Part shown: positions 23,155-35,902 of the stretch, piece by piece
How the letters are laid out: every line of letters starts with the position of its first letter
Numbering within the stretch: position 1 is the first letter of the stretch
Assembly (NCBI RefSeq): GCF_026210795.1
Contig: NC_089432.1
Span: 1,302,001 to 1,366,000 of the forward strand
Origin: Rhizophagus irregularis
Taxonomy: Eukaryota
DNA: 64,000 bases
Direction of reading: 5' to 3'
Made by a program: the position numbers and the translations under genes
Notes under the pieces: model-generated
Database searches by the model: none
What the model was told of the DNA's origin: nothing
What the model saw: only the letters and a program-made list of their open reading frames with translations

Positions 23155-23740
23155 TGGTATTTGAAGGGATATTTCACCGAAAGGAAGTTTTGCCGAAATA
23201 CCATTTCACCGAAACCCTATTTCTCTGAATCCTGACTTGTCATCGAAAAATTATTTATTCTATTTGGTTATTTTATTGTTTTTATACTAAATACATAAAG
23301 AAATCTTTCCTAGATAATTTTTGAATTAGATGATTTTTATTAAATTTACCTCGTTGTTTATAATACATTAATCTTTTTTTTTACTTACTTTTTCGTGAAT
23401 AAATGTTTTCAGGAAAATAAAATTATTTATTATTGCTTACATTGCAATTAATATTAGTTACTTGAATGTTGAAGTGATAATATCCTGAAAAAAAAAAATC
23501 TCTAAAAATAATTTAATTATTATTTTCATTGCGCGTTGAATATTTTTTATAAAAATGTTAATCGCTACCATTTTCTGCGAAATGTCCATTTGGCGAAATG
23601 GCGAAATAGACGATTCGGTGAAATGGATTCGATAAAATACACTTTCGGTGAAACGTCCTTTCGGCAAAACGTCCTTTCGGCGAAACGTCCCTCGGTGAAA
23701 TGGCTTCGGTGAATGGATTTCGGTGAAATGTACCGTAACT
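23155..23740. mobile_element. Second copy of the TTCGGTGAAA-array element
   Basis: Shares aaaattatttattctatttggt, aataaatgttttcaggaaaat and gctaccatttt with 4322-4760. Confidence 0.7.
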
Positions 23741-24394
23741 AAATTAGTAATATTTTGACTTTATTATTAGTTCAGAACTTATAATCTGAATTAAATATAA
23801 CTAATATTTTTTTTTTATTTGTAATTTTAATTTTTATTTTGCAATTATTTAAATTAAGCTAAACTTTCAAGTTGCGGTCCAAATTTCAAGTTGCGGTTCA
23901 GTCTGACATGAACTTTTTATCAGTCCGGTCCGACTTGAGATTTTATCGCTTGACTTTGGCCTCAAGTCGAACTGAACCGGACTTTTAACAACATTACTTG
24001 CAATATTCAATATAAAAGAAAATGCGTTCCTTAATAATTATCCCAGATTCCCAGTGTTATATTACAAACATTTGTAAACAATTTACAAGGTTGCAAAAAA
24101 ATTTTTCAATAAATTTTATAAATTAAGAAATAGAATAGAATAAACACCATAATAATATACATTTCAAGGTGAAGTTACTAGAAAAAACACGCAAAGAACT
24201 GTGAAAATATTATATTATTGCGATCTATTTTATCTGGCTTACATGGTTTGTATATACTTAGTGCCAAGTCGCACTAGCATAAATTATCAAATAGTAAACG
24301 CCTGATAAAAAATTTTTTTACATACATTAAATAAATTGGAAACTTTTATGTTACAATGAATCAAAAATTTCATTTGTCGGCCTTATATATACGA

Positions 24395-24491
24395 CCCTGT
24401 AAAAAATATTATCCGTAATTTCTGCAAAAATATGATACATTTACGGAAGTAACATGAAATAAAAAAAACACGGAATAAATTTTTTATAGGG
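24395..24491. mobile_element. Short CCCT(A/G)TAAAAAA MITE, TSD CGA
   Basis: cga|ccctgtaaaaaa ... ttttttataggg|cga. Confidence 0.85.
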
Positions 24492-25265
24492 CGAATTTTC
24501 AAAAATTATAAAATTTCATTGCACTTTTAATTAATATAAAAATCCTTTACATGGTCAAAGACATAAACATAGTTTTTAGTTTTTACAGGTTCTCAAAATT
24601 AACGTTATTCTTTACGCCTTGAAATATTAATTATTACTATTTAACCCTCTCCATAAATAATTTAGCATAAAGACCTAGTGCTTACAACTTCACAATAAAG
24701 CACATTATTATACTAGGATTAACTATAACTAAATTTTTAAAGCTATGACTACTAAAATTTATTTATACTTTGAATAAATTTAATTTGTACCATTTTAAAA
24801 TTATATCCTTGTTCTCATCATTGTCCGGAGCGAGGCGAAGGACTATATGTCTTACGCACTATGAAAAAGTGGATTTCTCTGTCCCTTCACGTGACATCAT
24901 CCAATGAAATCGCAGATTTTAGTTTTATCTATTTTCGCTCCAACTAGTTATACACTTATCAGTTACCATCGATCCATAATGTCTTGTACGTACCAATAGC
25001 CTAGTTTTTGTGAAGATATCATTAGAGCTTGAATTTTTAATACAAACAAATATAAATTCTTCGTAATCAAATGTCTGTACATACAATTACAGCAACATGT
25101 TACACAATATTAAATATTTGGATTTTGTAATTTATAATTGCATCGGCAAAATTTCGTCCCGAATCATTCAATGTTTGACAAAAAAAAAAATTGTTTAAAT
25201 ATCGGTAACTTAAATAAATACGTAATTAGAACTTTCTTTAACGAACTATTAATGAACCATTAAAG

Positions 25266-27537
25266 ATGAAAATTAATGACGAAAGTAAACTAATTAATTG
25301 GATTGAAGATGCTATTTCCAAGAGTCTTATTAGATATTATGATTATCAATATTTTAATGATATTCAAGAAGTTGGTTCTGGAGGGTTTGGTCAAGTGTCC
25401 CGTGCGAAGTGGAGAAAGAATGACCAATATTTCGCCTTGAAATCTTTTTTCAACCTAAACCACATTACTATTAATGAAGTAATTCATGAGGTAAATTTTC
25501 TTTTTTTCAGTATTATAATTAATTATGATAGATTTTTTTTAATATCATTCTCGTAATATTTTATTAGATCAAATTGCAACGTGAAGTAGATTTTCATGAT
25601 AATATCATTAGATTTCTTGGAGTTACAAAACTCGTTTCAGGTATAATAAAAGAATAATTAAAATAATTTTTCCTTTTTTTTTAAAAAAAAAAATTATTAT
25701 ATGCATAAAATTTTAATTATTTACAATTTTTTTTTCAAAATAGAAAATAAAAAAGTGAAAGATTATTTATTAGTATTGGAATATGCAAACCAAGGAACTC
25801 TTAAAAATTATTTAAAACACAATTTCGATAATCTTACTTGGAATGATAAGTATAAATTGGCTCGTCAGTTAGCTTGTGCTGTTTTATGCTTGCATGATGA
25901 AGGAATTTTACATAACGACCTGGTAATTTATTAAATTTTTTTTTATAATATAAATTAAAATTTTTTTTTTCTATTTTCTTATTAACTCAATGAATTCTTT
26001 TTGTTTAATGTATCTATATATATAGAATTCCGCTAATATACTCGTCCATCAACATGATATTAAACTATCCGATTTTGGATTATCAAAAAGAATCAATGAA
26101 TCATCTAAACTTTCTAAAGTATTTGGGGTAATTCCTTATATAGATCCAAAAAAATTTAGTGGTACACGTACACAAATATATAAATTAAATGAAAAAAGTG
26201 ACGTCTATAGCCTTGGAATATTATTATGGGAGATATCAAGTGGTCATCCACCCTTTTCTAACGAACCATATGATCTTTGTTTAGCTTTGGAAATTTCGAA
26301 AGGTTTAAGAGAAGAGATTGTTCCGAATACATCTCCCCACTATGTCAAGCTTTATACTGGTAAAATGATCGTTAAATTTATTTTATCTTATTTTTTTCTC
26401 ATTTAATGTTATCATTTATTAATTCATATATATTTGCTCTTAGAATGTTGGGATGGAGAACCATATAATCGACCAACTACAAGAGAAATAGTTACAAGGC
26501 TAAAAGATATTATTTCAGGAAATTCTCCATCGACGTTAAAAGAAATACCGATAATTAGTTTGAGTACTCCGGATAGTTCTCAGCATGGAGATTTATCAAA
26601 GTTAATCGAAGATTTGCATAAAATGAATACACGTGATTTGGACCGATTAGATACAAGTACGACCAGATCATTAAGTATTTATTATTCAATACCAGAAATG
26701 AAAATGAGTGAAACATTTAGTCATATAATAAGGCCAAATAATGAAGTAACCGAAAAGGATTTGGGTACGAATGTCGATGAAATAGTAAAATTTCATTTAA
26801 AATTATTAAATGAAGGGAAAGATTCAACTACAAGAAAGCGACATGTTCTCGAGTATCTTGAAAATAATGAAATTACTAAGGAAGAAATTTACAATTGGCT
26901 ATTAAATAATCAAAATAATTCAAACAATATTTTTTTATTAGGATATTTTAATTTTGTTGGAACCATAAAGCCAAAAAATTATGAATTAGCATTTTATTTA
27001 TTTATGCACGCTAATGCAGAAAAAGGGCACATATTGGCAATATATTATATAGGAGCATGTTATTTATATGGGTCCGGAATCATAAAAGATGAAAAATTGG
27101 CCTTTAAATTTTACAAAATCATTGCTAATGAAAATCATACAATTGGACAAACAAAAATTGGTTATTTTTATGAAAAAGGAATAGGTGTTGATAAAAATGA
27201 AAGAATGGCTTTAGAATGGTATATGAAAGGTCATAATAATGGAAATTATTTAGCAACTTATGATCTTGCCCAATGTTATAGATATGGAATAGGTGTTAAT
27301 ATAAATTATGAGAAAGCTTTTGATTTATATCAAAAGGCCGCGAACTTTATTCCTATGGCTCAATATGAACTTGGAGTAATGTATGAAAATGGTGATGGTA
27401 CTATAAAAAATATAGATCAAGCAATTGATTGCTACACAAAATCCTTTGATCAAGGATATCAAAAAGCTCAAGTTAGATTAAAAGTACTTACAAAAATTAA
27501 GAATAGAAAGAGGAGTGATACGTGTAAAATAAATTAA
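25266..27537 (+). CDS. Tyrosine-kinase-like protein kinase with C-terminal Sel1-like repeats (5 exons)
   Basis: Exons ~25266-25490, 25568-25640, 25744-25922, 26026-26359, 26444-27537 with GT-AG introns; GSGGFG, ALK, HNDL/NSANIL, DFG, DVYSLG; Sel1 repeats such as AQYELGVMYENGDG. Confidence 0.9.
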
Positions 27538-28217
27538 ATGTTTAATTGTCATAATTTATAAATTTTTTTTTTCGATATACTTACTACATGTAAATAATAT
27601 TTATATATATATCATATATTTTGTATTCTTTTATATTATGTATTTTTTTATCAATAAATAAAACTTGTATCCAACTTTTGATTTTTTTGTGCATTCATTT
27701 TATATTTAAACACTCCTATTACTTAGTTTTGTAATATAAATATTTATGGTTTACACCGGATAAATCACTTATTCAGTACTTCGTGCCGAAAAACTAATCA
27801 TAATTATTTTTTCTTTTTTTATTTTACTTCCTTATTTTCACCGAAGGATGTTGTCTTAGGGCGGCTTTTCGTTAGTTTTTTTATGCTCTACTTATAGGAA
27901 TTATTTTATATAGTTTCTTGTAGACTGTACTAATGATGTTTCTTTCTGTGAAATAAAAATAAAAAATAAAAATTATGCATTCAAACCTTGCTGTATAAAG
28001 TATGAGATTTTTTTTCAAATAAGGTTTATATACTGCCTGGTAAGTTATCTATTAAAATAAAAAATAGCTTGCGGAATTATTGATTATATTCATTACAAAA
28101 TATTTTATTTCGTTTTTTTTTCGCACAGAATAAATCTGTTATTCTTAAAAGTTTAGCATCAATCGTAATGACAGTGTTCGTCGTAACAGTTACAGCGGTT
28201 ATTATTGATACTGGGCG

Positions 28218-28439
28218 AGGACCCCGAGCTATATATATAGAGGTAAGGTGCAGCCAAAAAAAATTACTATTAGCTCTACGCATTTTTTCAGGGCCGGAAT
28301 TATGATAATGCCAGTCAGCGTCTAAAAAGGGAAATAAATTCCGGCCGGAATTATCTATAAAAGGAAAGATCTACATGATTATTTTGGTCAATTCTACGCA
28401 AACCTTTACCCTACCTTTTTATGTATAGCTCGGGGTCCT
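28218..28439. mobile_element. MITE with 8-bp TSD
   Basis: actgggcg|aggaccccgagctata ... tatagctcggggtcct|actgggcg. Confidence 0.85.
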
Positions 28440-29021
28440 ACTGGGCGCCGCAGTGTTGTACATGGGACATTGTCCGGCGATTTTTTGTGGACACGGAAAT
28501 CAATGTCTGCGTTCATAATCCTGGCGATAAATAGCTTCGAAAGTAATATTCGAATATTTCGATTTATTTTTGAATTATCACTTTGATTCTCTTTTTATTT
28601 TATATTTCATTTTTAAAATGATGTTTATTTTATCAATTGCAATGGACATTAAAATCAATTTGTATTTAAGCTAAATCATAAATTATAAATTATAAAGAAA
28701 TATTATAATTACATTAACAAATTCTTTATAAAAAATTTCAATTATTTTTTTGCGTTATCTTCTATTTATTATTTTATCACGTCATTTTCATACATACATA
28801 TAAATATATATTTTTTTTCAAACTTTTGTTCCAAATAATAATTGTTTATTAACTTTTACAAAGAATATAGTATACTGTTACTATTACTACGCGTTTCACA
28901 TGTAATAATTATTTATCACTTTTGTTGTCTATGTTTTATATTAATCCTAAGTGATATAATTTCGTTATGATTTAATTTATAGTTAAATCGAACTAAAATA
29001 TCTTAATTTACGTTACATGAA

Positions 29022-31206
29022 TTATTCTACTTGTTTGATCTCTTTTAATCTAATTTGTGCGTTTTTATGTCCTTGTTCAGCAGATTTTTCATACCAGTAA
29101 ACCGCTTGATTAATATTTTTCATCACTCCATCTCCAATTTCGTATATGTTAGCAAGTTCGTATTGAGCTTCCATTATTCCTAAATTTGCTGCTTTTTGAA
29201 ATAGTTCAAATGACTTTCGTTTATCAATACTAGTTCCAGTTCCATATCGATAACAATATGCTAAATTATCTATTCCAACTCCTAAATTTGCTGCTTTTTG
29301 ATATAATTTAAATGCCTTTTTCTTATTAATCATAGTTCCAATTCCACCGGAATAACAATTTCCCAAAGCATTTATTCCTTCTGGGTATTCTCCTTCAGCT
29401 GATTTTTTATAACATTCAAAAGCTTTATTATAATCTTTATCAGTACCATATCCACATCTGTAACAATTCCCAAGATCATAATGAGCTATATTATTTCCTA
29501 AATCCGCTGCCCTTTGAAATAATTCAAATGCTTTTTGTTTATTAATATTAGTACCAATTCCTGAATAATAAAAATTTCCTAGTAAATCAAAGTAATTTGA
29601 ATTATTTTGATTATCTAATAACCAGTTATAAATTTCTTGTGGCGTTGTATTTTGTTCTTCAAGGTAATTAAGAATTTCTTGAATTTCTTTCTTATTAATA
29701 TGTTTATTAAGAATATCTTTGATTATTTTATCAGCTATTACACTAAAATTATTCTCAAATAAAATAGTCTTATTACTTGATGACGTTGATGATACTACTT
29801 CACTCATATTCATTTTATTAAAATTTTGAATAATTTGAGACATTTCTCCATATAATGAATTATCTATAGTATTATTTGTAACTTCATTAGTATTTGTAAC
29901 TTCATTAGTATTTACATTAATTTGCTGATCACTCAATACTTGAATGTTCGTGCTAGAATCTTTCGAAATAATGACTTGCAATTCAGTAACAACCTGATTG
30001 ATCGTTGGACGATTATCCGGTTCACCATTCCAACAATCTAAAGTTAAATTTTCAGTTAAAATATTGTTATTACAATTTATAATTAATATATAGTTATATT
30101 TACCCTTATAAATCTTTACATAATCTTCCAGTGTATTAGGTACAGGGCTTTCTCTGAGACCTTGTAAAATTTCCATAGCCAAACTAACATCATATGGTTC
30201 ATTACAAAAAGGTGGTTGACCGCTAGATATTTCCCATAAGAGAACACCAATACTGTAAACATCGCTCTTTTCGTTTAATGAATATAATTTTATTTGATTG
30301 TTATTATTTCTTCGTCTAACAAATATTTTTGGATCGCTATACGGAATTATCCCGAATATTTTTGATTGAAGATTAGATGATTCTTCAATTCTTTTTGATA
30401 ATCCAAAATCTGCTAATTTAATGATGTTTTGATGAACCAATACGTTATTAGAGTGCTGTTGTTAAATATTATAATTAAAATAATTAAATTATATGTATGA
30501 TAATTTTATTGCACAATAACAATAAACGTAAAAAACTTATATACCAAATCACGATGTACAATTCCTTCATCGTGTAAGCATGACACAGCATGAGCTAATT
30601 GTAGCGCCAGATTTAATTTTCCATTCCAAGTGAGATTATTGAAATGTTCTTTTAAATAACTTCTTAGAGTGCCTCCGTTGGCATATTCCATTACTAATAA
30701 ATAATTTTTTGAATTGCCGTTTTGAAAGATTTCTTGTAAAAGAAAAAAAAATAATATTTATTTAAACTTCATATTTTCATTTAACAAATGACATGATATT
30801 AAAATGTAAATTATACCTTGATCAGAAGTTGTAATACCACAAAAACGAATAATATTCTCATGAAAATCAACCTCACGCTGAAGTTTTAACTAAAATCATG
30901 AATTTTAAATTAGAAATATAACGTACAAAAAAGAAAAAAAAAATTTAGAATAAAAATTACCTCGTTGACAATTTCTTTTGCTGTGGCATTGTTGAGATTA
31001 AAAAAAGATTTTAATGCAAAATATTTATGAGAATTTTTCCAATTTGCACGATAGACTTTTCCAAAACCTCCTGAACCAACTTCTTGAAAATTATTAAAAT
31101 ATTTAAACTCGTAATATTTAAAGTAATTTTTGGTAATAGCCTCTTCAATCCATTTAATCCATTCATTTGAATTTTCAGTATCATTAAATTCGATGTTATC
31201 GTTCAT
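29022..31206 (-). CDS. Tyrosine-kinase-like kinase with Sel1-like repeats (5 exons), paralog 2
   Basis: ORF pieces 30910-31206, 30506-30691, 29022-30440; GSGGFG, HRDL/HSNNVL, DFG, DVYSIG; Sel1 repeats; same intron positions as paralog 1. Confidence 0.9.
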
Positions 31207-34038
31207 TATTTGAATGTAGAGAAAGAGTAAAGAGTTACAATAATATGTATTACAGTGCGTTTAAATAAATCATGCATGAATAGTTGTCGATCATTTATCA
31301 TGTGATATTAATTGACCGAAAATTTGCCCAACATTATGTTGTACCAAATTCGAATAATGTAAAATCAGTAAATTTTTTTTAGGATCCTACAAAGCTTTTT
31401 CCTTTCAAATCTCAAATCTCTGGAATTATATTTGAATATATTTTTATGGGCATGTTACAGAGCAGTCATTTTAGCTTTTTTTACTAGGATTTTTTTAGCA
31501 GCCTGATGAATTCAACATCTTTATTAACACTTAAATTTCTTTAATATTATAATTTAAAGATCGTAAAGAATGAGGTTTATTAAACCCTTTACCGAATGAA
31601 AGTACAAGAATGTGATATCCTTTCTTCTAAAATTGTTAAATAATATCGGTCTATATATAATGCGGTACGTTAGCAATAATTTTTTAATTCTCAATATGAT
31701 ATCTATTATTATTGATATTTAAAAAGTATGTAAGATGTGTTTCTATTTTAGCTTTGAAGAAAAGAAATTTTGATGAATCATAGAAATATAGAATATTTCT
31801 TTTTGTTTACAAAAAGATTAGATTTAATAAATGATAAAGAACAATAAATAATATTATAGAATTGTATGTAATCAATAGAGTTTACAAAGTAATATATTAC
31901 AAGAACTACTAAATTTTTGTTTTGACGAATTTCGACAATAACGATACATAATTTTTTTTTAATTTGTTTTATTTATAAATCATCCGTTCAAATTGAGTTG
32001 TGAATTGTGACATTCTTTTACTAGTAAAAAAAAAATGAAATTTTTTAATTATCAATTTAATTGAAATATATAATTGTAGGAAAATTTTTAAGATAATGAA
32101 AACTATAAATCCTAATTATAATAAATTAAGCATCTTAAAAAAAAATAAACGAAAAATTATTACCATTCATTCTTTTCCTCCTTAAAATGTCGAAATAAAT
32201 TGAATAAATTGGGATTTGGGAATATGTTATTATTATCAAAATAAACAAAGTTACGCCAAATTACCCATTATTACCATTATGGTTATAACTTCTACTACTT
32301 TAAATAAAGATTATATAGTAAATAACTTTCTATTTAATTATTACTGCGTATATTAATCGTTTCAATAACAAAACAGTTTCTAAAATTAAAAAAAAAACAT
32401 TTGCTTTCATATCGAGTAAATCCAAAGAAACTTTGTATCGTTACATTAATACCTCATGTTTCTTTACGTCATCTAATAACAAAATATCAAAGTAATTTCA
32501 TATCTTATATATCTTATATACAATAAAAATTGATCTTTACCTATTTAAAAGTAATAAGGGTGTTTGGCAAGTTATATTACGCGTTTCTCCAAAAATTTGA
32601 TATATTATAGTAAGTTTATTTATTAGATAAAATATTGATAATACTTCACATGTTAAGTATGAGATTAGAGATTAGATACTGTAATATCGTTGACTTTATA
32701 TGAGTAATAATGCAAACTAACATATCTTATCGATACGCAGTAAGGCAGTATATTATAATCAGTATACTTACACCTGCAAATTTTCCATATAACTTTATAG
32801 ATAGATTTCAGTATACTTTTTTTATTGTCCGAAACATAAGCGTAGCACACACTTCAAATCCAAATTAGGGAATATTAAATCTAGGATCTTGTGTAACTAT
32901 CGAAATTTCATTTTTGTTATGTATATCACGCGTGTTTAATTTATTTAAGCTAAGTACACTAGTAAACTCAAGAGCTGAACTTATTTTTTCGGTAATGTAT
33001 ACATACGATAAAAATTTTATACTAAAACCATTGCTAAACTATATATTAAAAATAAATTTATCTTGAATAAAAATTTTAATAAATTTTATTTTAATTAACA
33101 ATAATAAAAGCTTTAATAATATGGGAATATTACACAATATCATATAATCTTTAATTATATGGTTTATAGGGAGTAAATCAAATCAACTATCATATTATTC
33201 ATCATTAAATCAATTAATATTACTAGTTTAGGTTAAATAACTTATAAATTAATTGTGACTCATAGATAATATAGATAATCTTGATTTTTTTTATCTATTT
33301 TATTATTAGTCACTATGTATCTATGGTTTTAAAAAATATATAAATACCCTTAATTTCCTCAAGAAAAAAATCAAAAACCAAATTTCAATATTATTATTTT
33401 TCAAATCTTACAAATCTTACAAAACTTTTATCAATCACCTAAATTTCAATTCAAATTTTTAACTTGCAATTACAAAATGTCTTATCATTTGTGTCCAAAT
33501 ATTGTTAATACTATTTTAAATGAATTTCCTATCAATAAATGTTACAATCACCCTCAACCTATCATTGAAACTTCTCAACATAATTTACCATTACTTACCG
33601 GATTTTTTTACATTCTTTTTATAATTCTCCTCATACATACCAACATTCTCAATAATGCAATTGTCCTAATTTTCCACTTATTGAAATTCATGTGCACTAT
33701 AATCTTATCTCTTTCTAATCTCCCTACTCTTCATTTCTCTAATATATTTCATTCTTTTGAACATTTATTATTATCTATATTATTATCAAATCTCCTTTAT
33801 CTATTATATATATTATTATCCATTCTTTTTCATTTTCTTTATTTACTTAACTGTATAATTCATATTCTCATCTTTTCTTATTCTTTACTTTATAGAGTAA
33901 TCTATTTAGTAAATATTATTATCCTTTTAATTTCTCAACAATTTAATTAAATAATCTTATATTACGTAGCTTGGCCCATTGCTTACCAAATATAGCATGG
34001 AGACGTAATCTTTCCCCTTTGGTCAACTTGGGATTTCT

Positions 34039-34289
34039 TGACCATTCTTAGATAGATAATTTTTACAAGGGGATCGTTTGCATCGCCCATGAAGCATTGC
34101 ACTGTGCTAATTGGTGTCAGAGAGATTCTTTGTCTTGTAAAAATTTACCCTTTCTTGATCATTTGACCATTCTTAGATAGATAAATTTTATAAGGGGATC
34201 GTTTGCATCGCCCATGAAGCATTGCACTGTGCTAATTGGTGTCAGAGAGATCCTTTGTCTTGTAAAATTTACCTTTCTTGATCATTTGA
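34039..34289. repeat. Tandem duplication, 2 x ~125 bp
   Basis: tgaccattcttagatagataa...ggggatcgtttgcatcgcccatgaagcattgcactgtgctaattggtgtcagagaga...tttcttgatcatttga occurs twice. Confidence 0.9.
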
Positions 34290-34769
34290 TCTATCTCATG
34301 TGATTTCCTTCTTCACATGTGATACCCTTTATTTCATTCCTTTGTCGAGTTCTTTCCTTAATAACTTATCAACTCAACAAAAATCCATCACCGTTGGTTC
34401 CACAATTTCTGTGTCCAAGTTCAATTCTTGGAGGTGATTTTCTTATTAATTAGTTTATCTTCTTTTTTTCTTCTTTTATAGGGAATTCCAGACGAAAATT
34501 ACAAATTAGATTTTGGGGAAATATTATTTAACAAGATGTAGGTGAGGTATTTTCATATTTTTATAGTTCTCGCCACTACTGATAAGTGTCTCCCAATGCT
34601 TTACCTCTCAAACAAGAAATTGTTTTTTTTTCCGCGTTAAAGTAGGTGTTCGCAAGTCATTACGCAAGGTACTGTATTTTTAAATAACTTTGAGTATCTT
34701 TGATTTGGAACGATGTCAAAAAACTTTCTAACAAAGCTTATTTCATTAAAATATTTGAAAGCATAGAGG

Positions 34770-34955
34770 CCCTATAAAAAATTTTATCCGTTATTTCTGT
34801 AAAAACTCCGTGAAAATGAGCCTTTCACGGATCCATTCACGGAAAATGCAAATAATTCGATAAATTCCGTGATATAAAGTTATTAATTCCGAAAATATGA
34901 GCCTTTTACGAAAAAAAGATGGAATAAAAAAAACAAATTGACTTTTTTTACAGGG
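34770..34955. mobile_element. CCCTATAAAAAA MITE, TSD AGG
   Basis: agg|ccctataaaaaa ... ttttttacaggg|agg; closely similar to 2680-2865. Confidence 0.9.
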
Positions 34956-35902
34956 AGGAAGTATTGAGAAAGGTGGAGTCTCGCTGAACAAAATTGAAAG
35001 ACAAACTGTTCAAAAAAATCGAACTGGAAAATACAGGGGAAAATAAATTATTTTTCAAGTGCCTTACTAAAAAAATTCATTCCAGTCTCTATTCTGATTC
35101 TCTTTTACCAATCAAAAGAGTTTATAAGTGGAAAGGATAAGAGAGAAATGGAGGAAAGGAAGTATGTGAACAAGAGTGGAAAGAAAAAGTAAGAGGCGAG
35201 AAGGAAGAGAGATCTCTTCAGACTATTCTTTTCTATGGCAATTTTTTTTTTGTGCTCAACAAACTAAAAATTCCAACCTGAATTTTTCTGACAGTACCCA
35301 ATGACCTAAACGTACAGTCCTTCTCCAGACCATACTGATGACTTCCTGGAAGCAGGACCGTCAAAGACTTAATCTTCGATTTTATTTCTTTTTATTTTTT
35401 TTATTGTTAATTTGTTATTAATCATAGTGAGTCAAATTACCCTTTAACTAGTAGTGTAGGTTTCACAGTACGAATAACTTGAGTTATGGACGTTTCGTCA
35501 ACAAGAGTTAGCTGTGATTAGATTTTAAATGTAAAATAAACACTCAAATTTAACATTTTTATTTATTACTAAGACAACTTCATTGTAAAAAATAACAAGC
35601 AAAAAATATACTTTAATCCCATTACAATCTTTTACAGAAATTTCTCATGCAACGACAAGTCAATTTTGTGAAATTCAATTTCATTTAAGTAATTTTTTTA
35701 GGACAAATTAAAGAACAATAAATCTCAGTCTAAGTATCAAACAATAAATAAAAAACCATTGCGGGCACGGTATTGTGTTTAACGACTCATAATAAATATT
35801 TTTATGATAAATTAACATTATATTTGATATATAATTAAGGGGATAAAACCTAAGCCTAACTTTTATATTAATAAACGAAAAACTAAAAATTAAAAAAAAT
35901 TC

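Noticed and set aside
33477..33950. Membrane protein CDS
   Set aside because: Hydrophobicity follows from the T/C-rich, G-poor composition; no family motif, so not called as a gene.
35335..35370. Hammerhead ribozyme (ctgatga followed by a short stem)
   Set aside because: No GAAA core after the stem.
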